From Tubiluchus corallicola (taxonomy: Eukaryota; Animalia; Priapulida): DNA of 64,000 bases. The stretch covers positions 62,001 to 126,000 of the forward strand of contig JAQGDQ010000270.1 of NCBI GenBank assembly GCA_030141605.1, read 5' to 3'. A program made the translations under genes and the position numbers. This document shows positions 24,328-38,000 of this stretch, piece by piece. How positions within the stretch are numbered: position 1 is the first letter of the stretch; every line of letters begins with the position of its first letter. The notes under the pieces are model-generated. The model worked only from the letters and a program-made list of their open reading frames with translations, ran no database searches and was not told the origin of the DNA.

Positions 24328-26149
24328 CCAAAAATCAGGAATATTAAACCGGAATGGACAGAGCTTGTCATGCAAGACTTTATGATTTTTACAGGAGATC
24401 TCGTACCATTGTTATACAATTTTTAGTTTCACACGATCCTGTGTTGAAAAGAGCACTGTAATGCATGAGAATAGGACTGATATATACGCAGAGCATTTTC
24501 AATGCTTTCACTTAACTGCTTGAATGGCTTTCACTTGTTCATCTTTAGCCTCAGTTTTAGGAGAAAACGATTAAAAATGTCATGCCCTTATCCTGTCTGT
24601 GAACTTTGTTTGTAGTGCGAATTAGAAAGATAAGTGGGAAAACATAATACTTGGTTAATTCTTAAGAACTTGCCCGGACGAAGTATTCATGCATTATCAT
24701 TCATGATTGTTATAGTAACGAGTCAAATGTGTGCAAGCTTGCCATTTTTGCTAGTAGTTCCGGGGTTTTTCTTGCAACGAGTAGTGCATTTGTTGGGAGG
24801 TACGACTGCATATAACACTTAATGAGGTGTTGATAGATTAGCTTTTATATCATGTAAATACATGTGATGCAAACTCAGAACCTGTGAATGTATAGTGGTA
24901 TAAACAAATTTAATGTTTAAAAAAGAATGAAAAAAATAAGTTAATTAAATTTGTGTGATGCTTATTTGCAAATTAAAAATTTGAGCATTCAAGTGCTAAA
25001 AAATTCATTGGTTTTAGTTAAAAACAACCTTTTTGCCTGGTTTAAGTTGATGTTAAACTGCTGAGGAAACCTGTCTAGTCGCTTATTCATCATCTTTACT
25101 TTCATGAACTGATACTAGCTAGAACTTCATGACTCTATTATAAATGTAGATATTATGACACTCATAGATACATAATCTGTGCTTGGTATGATTTTTAGCA
25201 AGCAATATTTATAGAAAACATGATGCAAATTGTGCAATGTTGTTATTATGCAATTGTATATTTTGCCTTAGTCTTTCGCATATTACTTCTAGACAGCTAT
25301 GTGCAAAGGCCTGTAACGATAGAATACGTAAGCTTAATATATTATGATTCTCATCAACTGTATTTTACTACAGTAAACTAAACGTGATTGTTTAAATTAC
25401 TTATTAGTTGCTTCTGTTTGTTAGTTGTCTATTTGCGTCTTCTGTCTGCAGAGCTTAACAGTGCTGGAAAAAACCTTGCAAAAAAGAACCATTTGCGGTT
25501 GCAATTTTTACTCGATTTAGTAAAAGTATGTAGTCTCCCAAGAGTTACTTAATTACTACTACCATTTGAAGCTGCTATCAAATCTGTGCTATATCAATTT
25601 ATTATCAGTTTCGTGGTTTGCAGCCTGCACAATTTTTAATAATATGCTGTGTGTTGCATATCGACTTTGTTGTTAATTATTTTTATTTTAATTTTGTTAA
25701 TTATTAGCATCTGTGAAAATTTTGATTCAATATTGAGACTCAAATCTCCTGTTAATGTATTTCATAGGTTAATAAGGAAACTGCTGTGGTAGCTTCTTGG
25801 CTGATATTTTAAAATAAAAGAATTTAGTGGAAATAATAGTGAGTTCCTGTATGTTGTAACCATTGGTGCAACTGCTGTTGTTGTTGCTGTTGTTATTGCT
25901 TTTTTTTTGTTATTGATGATGCTGTTGCTGTAGTTGTTATCTTTGCTGCTATGTGTTGTTGCTGTATGTTGTAGTTATTATTTGTTGTCGTTGCTGTTTT
26001 GTTACTGCTGCTGTGGGTGTGGCAAAGGTTCTTGCTTTTGTTATTATTGCTGCCATTGAGTTGTTGACATCATAATCATTGTGGCTGCTGCAGCTGTTGC
26101 AATATTTGCTTTTTTGTCACTGCTACATTTGTTGCGATTGCGATACTCG

Positions 26150-28545
26150 ACTCTCTCCACCTACCAGAGGCGAGCACCTTTATAGGGTGCAAAGTCTATT
26201 CTTCTTTAACGCTAATCTTTTAGTTGCCTTTTCCAAGTTTAATGTCTTTATTTGTCTTTATCCTGTATTCCATACATTCGTTCACTAGATTTCTAATTTC
26301 TAGCAATCCTTCCTTTTCACTGTTCATTAATACATCTGAGTTCAACATTTTTTCCATTCTCCATATCTGTAACATCTAAGCATATGTTCAGTAGTGTCAT
26401 CATCTTCCTCACACACTGGGCATAATAACTGATATTTAAACTCATTCTTGTAGTTCCCTTTAACTTTAATCATATTCAGTCTTATTTTCAATATATCTTT
26501 AACCTCTTCTGGCTTGCATGTGTCTATGTAATTTTGTCGTTTCAACTCGGTATGCCTTCAAAATCTTAATTTAGTGCTGCTCCTGCATTTTCCTGCACAT
26601 TCATTCTTTATACAACATTCAATCTTATTCTTTTTTCTTTCTTCCATTCAGACTTTTTCATGACCTTCACCCTTTCTTTATTAGCATCTATGGTATGTTT
26701 TTTGCAGCCTCAACTACTTCATTATACCATGACCTTTAATGTACACTGATTATTTGCATTTCGAGTAACTCTGATGCTAATCTCTTTCGCTTCTAATCAG
26801 TAAATTCCGATAGAACATCAATCTCCTATAATTTACTTTATATTTTAGAGGCCATATGCCTACTTCAGTTACTAATCCCCAGTATGGCGTTGATTCACTA
26901 AGATTAAATAATATTTTTAAAGCATTTGCTTGAATCATTTCTAATTTTTCCCAACCAGTTGTCAAATTTGACTATGTCTCAGAACTATTGAGCACTGCAC
27001 TCACTGACAGAAGCTCGTACAGCATTAGTTTTACCCCTATTGAGCAATCTCCCACTTTCAGCTCACCTCCTGTTGTATTGATGTAACTAATTATAATTTT
27101 ATTTTCCCCGGTTCGTTTTCCCAACGTTGTTTCATAACTACATTTTGTATTAATCTAATCTCCCAAATATTGGTACTCCTCAGCCTCCTTAACCTCTCTG
27201 TTCATTAGTGACTCACATAATTCTGGAATCCTTTTATTTCGTGTCATGTTAGTTCTCATATATTGTGTTTTCTGTATATTGAATGATAATCTTTTGGTTC
27301 TTTCAATTTCTTGACAGTTTTTAATCATCTGCTTGGTTATGGTTTCTTGTCCTATTCCGACAATATCGTCAATGAATAATAACATACCCACATGTATATT
27401 CCTGCCCATTACAGTCCCTGTTATCACCATCTTATTAATCTGGTTTATTGCAGCACAACATAGTAATGGTCAAAGCACTGTTCCCTGTCGGACTATTTCA
27501 TTTATTTCTATCTGGTCTGTTTACCCAATGGTGTTTCTATAACTATTTCTGCAATTTCATTCAGTTTACATATCATAAAAATTTCTCCTGGTGATATGCC
27601 CATCCTCAATAATTCTGTCAATGCATCTTTCAACCACAACTCATCAAAACACTTTTCCATGTCACAAAAAATTATGTACACTTCATTTTTATAAAACCTG
27701 TTAAACTCTAACATTGCCCTCAAGGTGTACAGGTGGTCATAGACCCCTCTGTTTTTTCTTCCGCCACATTGATGAACTCCTGTTTTCTTCAAATTTAACT
27801 ATTATTCTATTTTTGATCACTTTCCATTAGTTTACTGAAAATATTTGTTATGGACAGCCCTCGTCTATTTTTCATCTCTTTCTTGTCACCTTTTCCCTGA
27901 TAAATTTACTTTATTTCCATTTGGGCCCATTGTTTCGGTGTTTTCTTTTGCTTCATTATTTCACTCAGCATTGCTACTATACTATCGATAAATCCTTTCC
28001 CTGCTTGTTTGATCATTTCATTCTTCCATGCTTGCATGTCTGGAGCCTTTTTATTGTTTAATGATCGAACTGCTTCATTCACTTCACTGTTAGTAATTAC
28101 TTTTACTTCCTCCTCACTTGCCATTTGTTCCACATGTTTGAAAATTTGTTCAACCCTTGATTCTATCATTTGTTCAAATTCATCCTCTGTCGGAGTAGGA
28201 GTTAACAGTTCTTCATAATATTTTTTTAAAAATCATCTTAATTTTTCCTGGGTCCTCTTGGATCTCACCTTGTTTATCTCTCATTGCTATTTCTTCTTCT
28301 ATTTTAGGTTTATCGATGCACTTTTTGAATTCCCAAAACAACTGCTGGTTAAGTTTTGTCTTAACAGTTTTATTTATTCTATTTACTTGTTCCTTCCTTT
28401 GCACATCCCTCATCATGTTTTTTATTAGTTCAATTTTTATTTTTATTCTTTTTCTTTCAGATCTTCATTGCTCATTTCATGTTTTAGCTTACGCTTTCTT
28501 TATTTAACTTCTTTGACATTCCTTTATTTAACTTCCTTGTTGCTA
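26150..28545 (-). mobile_element. Decayed, 5'-truncated non-LTR retrotransposon (LINE): RT domain plus C-terminal CCHC finger
   Basis: Collinear broken ORFs carry RT motifs: KKAPDMQAWKNEMIK, QCGGRKNRGVYDHL, FCDMEKCFDELW, VRQGTVL*PLL, LLFIDDIV, YQYLGD, and CPVC..TTEHMLRC. Multiple stops and frameshifts; no endonuclease domain visible. Ends are approximate. Confidence 0.9.
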
Positions 28546-29087
28546 TTAACATCGCCCGCATTTTTGTTACTGCCACTGCTATAATTATTGTTGCAGTTAT
28601 CATCGTTGCTGTTTCGCCATTCTGTAGTTATTAGATAGCGATTCACTTAATTGTTGTTGCTGCTGCTCCTGCAATCAAAGTTTTTAATACTATTTTTGCA
28701 GTTGTCATGATTGTCTTTTCTGTCACACTGCTGTTGATATTAAATTATGATTTATTTAACTGTTATTACGCGCGTCGGATATTATAAAGCAAAGTGTTAG
28801 TCGAAGTTATAATTCGTGGGCGCCACTGTCATAGTGATGTAAAATGTACGACGAAAGCCTAACCTTTGCATACTTGAATCAGCGACTGAACATTCTTCTT
28901 AATACTGCACTTTTGTTTTTTGCAAGGAATTCTGGGCGAAGTGTACATCCGCCATATTTATATGACAATTTCTGTGCAAAGTTGATTTGTAAACATCTTC
29001 GATCTTTTTTAATAAATAAAGAACAATAATTAAGCTAGCTCACTGATATTGTGACTACTACTTTTGCGTGTTCGTTGGGAGATTATT

Positions 29088-32000
29088 ATGTCGAAAACGG
29101 AAGAGAAAAGCGTAAAGAACTCCAACGTTAAAGCTCAGTCTAAATTAGGCCAGGTTGTTGATAATCAGAACCAGTCTGACCAGAACGCCGAAATGGTATC
29201 AGAAAATGAAAGATTGAAGTCTGAATCGTTGGAGGTAATGCTGTCTGGAATACTTGTCTGTAGATTAGGTGTCACTAAGTATTCTTGGTTTTCGCAGGGG
29301 TTCGCATTCTTTTCTAGGTCGTCTTATGAAATTCTCACATTGGGTTAGCTTTGCTGGGGTTCTGGTGTCCGTCAGCAGAGATGAAATTTACTGGTTCTGA
29401 GTTTCACATGCTATGTACTAAGTGGTGTATCTGTTACTTCTTTACGCATTTAGGTTGCAGCGATGCTTGTGTGTGATGCCTGTGTGATTTTGTGTGATTA
29501 TACAAATTTGAGCAACGCACAACTATGCAACATATATGCATTATACGCAACTATACAATATACAGACCTAAACCTTCGTTTCTGCTATTTTGCATCACAG
29601 AAATGAAGGATGGTCTGACCATGCAAAAAGTACATCTGTATTATTATAATTTCATAAAGTTATGACAATAGTTTATTATGTTTTCTCAAAATAATGGTAC
29701 TGTATCAGGGAGAATGTCATTAACTCTATAAGGGAATGCAGCCAGGCTGTAGCTGAGGGTTTAAGGAGAAGCTGTTGTCTAACCGTGTAGTCTGCAGAGC
29801 ACAAATTTAATTTAGGCCTTCCTGGAAATTCCGTGAAATTTGTCTGAGGACAGACAGGAGGCATCTGTACATCAGTCACCTAGGCCGATAAGCTAAGCTT
29901 GCCGTGTTTACTATGTTTCCGTCTCAATAAAACCTTGAAACTTTTCTGAGTTGACATATCAGTTAGATATACCCCGCTCACACAAAGCTGTGATGTTTAC
30001 GGTGTAGTTTAAATTAATCTGTTTATCTAGGAAGCATCTAAATATCTAACCACAAAATTTTTCAACTTGTATTACTACAAGGACACTGTGTTAATGACAT
30101 TTTCTCTGATGTATGCTAAATCTGAACTGCTCCTCTTACTCATGCACTAAACGGACTACATTTGAGAAAGGCAAAAACATGAAATTAAACAAAATTGTAT
30201 GCAATTAATATTTGAATAACGCAAAATTCAACAAGGGTTTGGTTTTTGCTTTTAAAGAAGAACCAACCCTCGAACAACACTTTTACATTTTAATGTACAA
30301 TAAAAATATTGAAATCACCACACAATATATGCACATAGAGTACCTTGCTTAAAAATGTAACTGTAAAAGAAATTTAAATATTTTTTATCTCCTGCCAAAC
30401 GAACATCACTGCCGGCATATTTGAAGAAAATGACGTAAGCTGGTGATTGGTGTATGCTGTGAATGCTGTGAAGTGAGGCTGTGCGAAGGTACGCATTGGG
30501 AAATTTCTACTGTTCACTCAGAAGTTTCGTTATTCCAACATTGTATTTGACTGTGTTTACGTAAAAATTAGTCATTGGATCAATTGTGCCTAAGTTTAAA
30601 GTGGTTATATGGCTTTAGTCCACAGGATTATACCGTAAAATGTGTAGCATACCGTAAAAGTAGTATACATTAATTGTGTAAATCAGGGGTGTGCAAATTA
30701 TCTGACTAGCCGGGCAACATTAAACTTTCCCGCAATTCCTGCGGGCCACAGGCAGTTTGATCAAGGTGCCAAGTACAGAAAGGTGTAATAACGATTCTTT
30801 TGCATCTGAGCTGCGTACATCATTACTACTACACTCAAGAAACTATTTTAGAAGTTATTGAAATTTATATTACAAGCCATATATTTCTACTTTCAGGACA
30901 GACAGTGGTAATTTCATTACAATGCATATTAGTAATGTGTATCACACAGTCTGTGTAGTACAGTGACATTAAGCTACAACCGTCTTGTAAAGGTTAATGG
31001 CATCGGATCTAGTAGAAAAAACTACCCGCACTATCTTTGGGATCGGAGCACGGACTTCATCTGGGTACACTCAATTAATCGCCCTGACCGCACTTTCATT
31101 AGGTTGACAAATCTCTTCGCGGGCCGCACAGATTCTCTCGGCGGGCCGCAAGTGGCCCGCGGGCCGTAATTTGCACACCCCTGGTGTAATTAATTTACAG
31201 ACTTCTGACTTTTGGATATGCATGAAAACTTGTGAGCGTATATAAGTCAAAAAAAGATTACTGAAGCACCTAGCAGAGTACGTGTTTATATCGCACAGAA
31301 ACCAGGTGACGCATTTTTTATCTGAAATGAGCGTGCCAAAGCGTGAACTGACGGCGACATTAAATTGATTTTACTAATTACATGAGGCATTTATCACAAT
31401 TTAATTGCTGAAACATTTTAACATTTTTCTCAAATATTAGAATAAGCTCAACATCCCAAGAGACTTGTTATGCTTCTCCTTAATCTTTTGGTCAGAAAAC
31501 TTTACAGGTGGTTTGGCAGTAATCAGTAAACGTAACAGTCAAAATTAGATTCTGCAAAGTACATTTGTTGTTGCACACGGCATGTAAGCTGTTTTGTACC
31601 CAACCAATCGATTTTACCTGTTAAATCTGTAATTTGGCAATCAGAGAGGTCATATTATAGTGTATTTGAGAAACATTTTAATTATAAACTGCTTGATTTC
31701 TTTTCAGTATATGCCAATTTAAGTACAGTGTCTTGATATGCATCATTTTGCATTGACAAAAGTTTATTTATTTTTTGCCAATTTCTGCTAAATTTGGTTG
31801 CTACTGCATGCAAATGAAAATTCCTGGCTAAAAAACTTGATCTAGAACCTCTAGCTCACATCATCGATCAGTGTGATTGGAGATGTGATCTGTGACCAAA
31901 ATTAGATCCAGAGATCAATTCGTTTCTTATCTTCCCTGCTTCAAATGTAACATGCAGCAATTAATACAGTTACAGGTTAAATGGTACCAGTACTATAATA

Positions 32001-35000
32001 AATTAGCAGGTGTCAAACACAGTCAGAATTTCAATAATGCAGTTGTCTATGAATAACTACATAAAGAAGCTATCGACAAGATTTTACTACCAAAATAAAC
32101 ATGAATTTTCTGTATTATTGTTATGAAAGTATGAGATTTTAGGATTTTAATGTGAAGCCCTGTCTTAATGTGAAGTCTGTAAATTTAGGCAACTGGGAAC
32201 AAACAACCCTATAATCTTCATAAATTGACTGAATTATTGGTCTCACTCGCTTCATCTTCACCGGTTGTCATATTTCAAACCAAGAGGACTAAGCAGTAGA
32301 TGCTGTAGGCTTTTAAAGCTATATTCATTTATGTCTTTCAAAGTATGTTATTCACATCTAGTTAACTCTTTTAAGTTAAGTGTGTATAGTTAACATGCAT
32401 CAAAGCAGAAGTGTCTGTAATTATGTTCCATACTAAATTTACCCTTGTAATCTATAATCATTTATATCTTTTCTACCAAATATACTAATCAAATTCTGTA
32501 TTTCATTCACGCCTGTAGACTCCTGTCGTAGAAATTTGAGAAAACTTTGAGCAAATCTGTAGGCCTGTTTAACACACAACAACTTTATATGGTCAATGTA
32601 GCACTATTTTAAGAATGTTAAGTGACGTTTGCATCAGGTACTCAAAGGATTATCCACACCGTTTATTATCTGTTACGTACTACTAATTGTTAAAATGAGT
32701 TTTGGTTAATCAGTGTGGCTTAATGGATACGTTAAGGAATATGGAATAAGAAACAAAGAAGCAAACTCTAACTGCACAGGAATTCTAACTGAATTCTAAT
32801 ATTACCTATTACATTCTAATCGGAACTGTTCAAAAAATGCGTTTGTAACTCTGCTTTTTCTTAGAAAAATTCAATGTAGCATCCGTTGATTGAAAACAGC
32901 TTAAACTAGAAACTCGACATGAGTCTGTAAGACCTAAATGTATTACCCTAGGAATCATTTCCCTCAATCTCAATGAGATGCTATTTGTCAGGTGCCTAGG
33001 CACAACACACGAAGCCCAATTAACATCGCCCAGCTTGGCTACATGTGATTAATTGATTAATTATGGCTATCTAATTGACTATGTGTATATACTGCAGAGT
33101 CTGAATGAAATGGAGAGGCTGATGGACGACGAAGAGGGTCCGCAGAAGCTTTCGAGGAGTGTCAATCCGTACCTCGGTGGAGAAAAGTGCCTGTTGTGCC
33201 GTCGTGAACGCCCCGATGCACCGAAAATTCAAGGTACCCAACCTTTCTGCATTAACAGTTTAGATTTAAGACCTAAGCAATTTCTAAGAATGATTAAAAC
33301 TATTTCAGAATGTATGACTCTTAGGTTGTTTTACTTACATTATGTATTTGCTATGTAGTTGTGCAGATTGGGTAGTGCGAATTTAAGAAAAAACTGTGAA
33401 GCGCTTGATGATGAACAAGCGGTTGTGCGGCGTGAAACAATGTCAGCTTGCAATGATACAGATCACAACAGCATGATTTGTTGCCTACTGTACATATAAT
33501 ATTCCTTCTACTTGCCATAAAGTTTTCTAGCTATTTTACATTATCGCACTACCCGATGAATGAAATGTGCCATCTGTCGAATCATGTACCATGTCTTTTT
33601 TAGCAATTGAAGAATCAGCTGACAATGCCTCCTCTCAGCTTGCTCAGCTACCACTGTGGGTGTGTCCTTGTTGTCGGGAGAATTTAGAGCAAGAAGAAAA
33701 GGCCTTAACTGAGTCCACGTTGTTCGTAAGTATCCAAAAGTTTTTTAGTTTTTATATAACATTAGTTTCTGGCAGTAGTTGATATTAACAAGCAAAATGC
33801 TTATGTGCTTGTGCTTTGTACTTTTATTACCATTACAATAACTTTCTATTTAACAGATTAGCAATATTTTCAATTTTTGGCATTATGATTCATAATCACG
33901 ATGGAATTTTTTAGGTTTTTACCAAATAAATGGTAAAGTACAGCAGTATCTTGATTTTTTTACATTATGCAAAATGTAAGTACAGTACTTCAAAATCTTT
34001 ATTACTGTCATTGAAGAAATCTGCGCTACTGAGGATATTTCTACAATTTGGCATTGAAAACTTTAGCGAAAAAAATTATGCAATAGCCCAAAAGTGTATG
34101 ACACCTCAGAGATTTGATGCTCTAAGCCTTCAACTACATCAGTTTTGCACCATGTCAACGAAATACTGTAAACCTGATATTTACGACAGCATTTAAATAA
34201 ATTGTAAGTTCACCTTTACCGCATTGATTACGACATAATGACGTTTTTACGCATCAGAAACTGATGCAAGATGTGAAGCTTTGAAAACCAGTTCACCAGC
34301 TAAACGTAGGAAGCGAGAAAACTGCCATTGACATTGGCTCACTACCTTCAGTTCATCTAAGCCGGATTTAAATTCTTATATTATGGGAAAATTTATAGCT
34401 TCAGAAACGAACGACGACAACAGCTAGCTTACAGCATGTGGTGTTAACGGCACCCCAATGAACGACGACGATAGCTAGCTTACAGCATGTGGTGTTAACG
34501 GCACTCCAATGAACGACGACGACAGCTAGCTTACAGCGTGTGGTGTTAACATCGCTCCAATGCTGTCTGTTGATTAATCAGTTTCATGCTGTACAAAAGG
34601 TCGTACTGTGCGATATCATTTGCAGCACGTATAAAGTTTTTTGCATTTTTATAATTTACGTTTGACTGTTTGTAGAGGGTTAGCCTACTATGCCTGGCTT
34701 ATTACAACGTGGGTTAATGAGTTTTATACCAGGTTAAACAAAATTTTTGAAAAACAACTAAAAATTTTTGCTGCTACCTTTTGTAAAAATAATTATGTTC
34801 GTAATTCATACATAATATAAACTACAATTAACAAGTTACAGTATAATCGGTTTCGTGTAAATTTTTAAGAAATAATGGCCAAAATGTTTTCTTTGTAAAG
34901 TGCAATTAAAGATACAGTATCCTGCGATCATAGGGTCTTTTCACAAATTTCACTTTTCTAACGTGTTTGAGAGGAAAATACTTCATTGCAGACACAGGAT

Positions 35001-38000
35001 CTAGTTTATCAACCTGGTGATTTGTTTGAGATGGCCATCAGCAAGTCAATTGAATCCAGCAATCCGGAGGCGGAACCGTGCACCTGTGAACCGTGCAAAG
35101 AGAGAAGGTGAGCATCTCTTAGATGGGGGCATTAATTTGCATCAGTTGATTGCTTAGTTTGTATTGTACTTGTCTTGTATTGGTGGCAGGAGATTGTGAA
35201 GGTGAATGAACCTAGTTTACGGAACAATTATTAATGAAAAACAGATGCAAAATTGTTCAGTAAAGTAGGCGAGCCAACACGTAATGATAATGATAATTTA
35301 TTTGTAAAATGCATAAATCGATCAATTATTGTCATCAAATGTGCCATAAAATAGGTTTACAATTAAGAATGACTGCAATAAAATATAAGTGTACAATAAA
35401 GATTCATGAGGCAACTAATTAAATGATACAGTAAAAACAGGCTTTACGACTCGCGCTAATTAAACGACTCATCCACTTCACAATCTCCTGCCACCAAAAA
35501 GGGAAGCGGAACATCTTAGGAAGTGCATGTTTTCTCTACTTAAAGTGAAAACAAAAAGAGCAGCTAATACTTTTACAGGTAGTCGTCGACTTACGACCAC
35601 AGTCGGTTCCAGCGGATTGGCTGTGAGACAAATTGGACTGCATATTCAAGTAGTGCGCCCCTACACGCAAGATGTTGTATGTGTATGTGCACTAAGTATG
35701 GTGGCGACTACGTTGAATTTATCAAAGAGATAGCAATTTAATTTGTTTAAAAGAATAGGAAAAAAATAGTTATAGTTGGTTTTGTATAATTACTAATTAA
35801 GCTGCTGTACGTTGTAAAGTCGAGCAGATGTATGTTGACTACTACCTGTTTAAATAAACGTATTTTTAATGAAGATTACGATTAATATTTTTATTTTTAC
35901 TCCTCTCGATTGTATTGCCATTTCAACTTTCACTGCAACAAGAAATTCTTCTCTTTTATACCTTTAAGCATCCAAAAATTTGTCGTAATAAAAGTTTTTG
36001 TTGATGTATTGTAAGTTTATTAGTAGGTGCATTTTAAATAGAAATATTGTAAATATTTGTTACAGATACAGATATAGATATGTCATACACATTGCTTCAG
36101 TTTATACTATTGTAAAGTAATCATGGAGAATGGAAACTTTGTACGAGAACTTACTTTACTGCCCTACTTTCTAACTTACCTACTTACTTATATACTTTCT
36201 TACTCTTACTTAATTACTTACTTACTTACTTACTTATCACTTACTTACTCACTAACTTACTTACTTACTTTACTTACTTACTTATTTACTTACCTACCTC
36301 CCTACCTACTTATTTACATACATACTTACTTACTTTACTTAGTTACTGTGCCACTTACTTGCTTACTTATTTACTTACTTATTTACTTACTTTACTTAGT
36401 TACTTTCCTGCTTACTTACGTACTTACTTTACTTAATTATTTATTTTACTTAGTTACTGTCCTACGTACTTACTAATATAAATAGTCAACGATCTCTATA
36501 AAGCGGTGCATCATTTTAGGGACATTGAGACTCAGCAGGCCATCGAGTGGAAAGAGTTACAAAGTTTCTGGGCAGACGTCAGACAGGCCGTGCGCTGTAT
36601 GTACCGTGAAGCTACCATTGAAAAAACCCTCAACACCAAACATGATTTACAGTCGTTAAGCAATATGGTGTCCAGGTGTGTTTCCCTGTTCTTAATTAAA
36701 GGTGTTGCTACATAATGAGAACAGCATGTTCTAACTAAAGATTTTATTACTTTACTCGGTGAATTGTTTACTTACAATACTTGTGTACTCACAGTAACTA
36801 ATTAATATTAATTAATTATTAATTGTTCTTCAGGTTGACATCACGTGATCCTCACCAGTTATTCCAGCGGCTTGAGTCTCAGGCAAGAGAGTTTGTTATA
36901 GAAATGAAGGTAAGTTTAGAACTTCTGTATAAGTTTTGAATTACGTTGTCATAGAATTCTGTAATCATAAGCACTTAGCAAGTGAACAATTAGGCAAAAA
37001 ACATGCATAAAGTTCAACATATCCAAAATTTAGTTGCTGTTAATGTTTCACACAAACTATTATTGCCTGCTTGAAACCTTTCTCTTCACTGATACATTCG
37101 TATCACAGTATTCACTAACTAGTAGGAGTAAGATATTTCTTTACTAAAATGATGACATTATAATGATGAATGTGTGATACTAGTATTAACGCTAATTACA
37201 TTAGGATTCAGATTCGTTTAAAGGGTTTGTGTGATTGTCTTATTTCTTAGATTTCTTCCCCATAATGAATGCTTACAATACCAACCTTTCATTAAACATT
37301 TTTGATTATGCATTTCTTATATTTTCGAAAATATTATATATGTATAGTTAACTAACTAAATTATTTTGTCATTTCAGGTTCGGTTGCTGAAAAAGTTGAC
37401 AGCAGGTCTCAAGACGCCACAGCAAGCCACACAGTTTATTGCCATCATGTTGGAAGAATACGACAGCTTATGCAATGCATCGCGTAAAGTCACCACTATC
37501 TTATCTGAGTTGGTACGTATGGTCACTATGGTTACAGTTATATTCCATTCCCAATTTTACTCTGTACACTGTGTTTTCGTTGTTTCATTGCGAAGTCAAA
37601 CCGATTTGCAACAAAGTTGGTGTATACTAAGTCTATGTTCATCAGGGTTGTCTTTTATATGGTAATTATCGGTAGTACAATAATTTGAACTACAAAAAAG
37701 AGACATACTATTGACAATTGTACGATAATTTAAATATGAAATAGAAAACTGAGTTTCATTTTCACTGAAAATGCTTAAAATACATCTGCTGACCATTGGG
37801 AAGTAACTAAACTTTCATTTTATTGTAGCCTGAAGCATACTGGTCGCAGTTTCTTCAAAAATGCAGCAATTTAAAAAACGAATGCTCGTGTTGACGACGA
37901 CAAGGCTTAATTTTGGACATGCATAAATTAGTGACACTTTACTACGTCTAATAAATTTAATTTTACATTTGTTAATGCCGCTTTTTTGGTGTTATAGTTA

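Noticed and set aside
36123-36476. 117-aa Leu/Thr/Tyr-rich ORF resembling a membrane protein
   Set aside because: Translation of a (TACT)n microsatellite.
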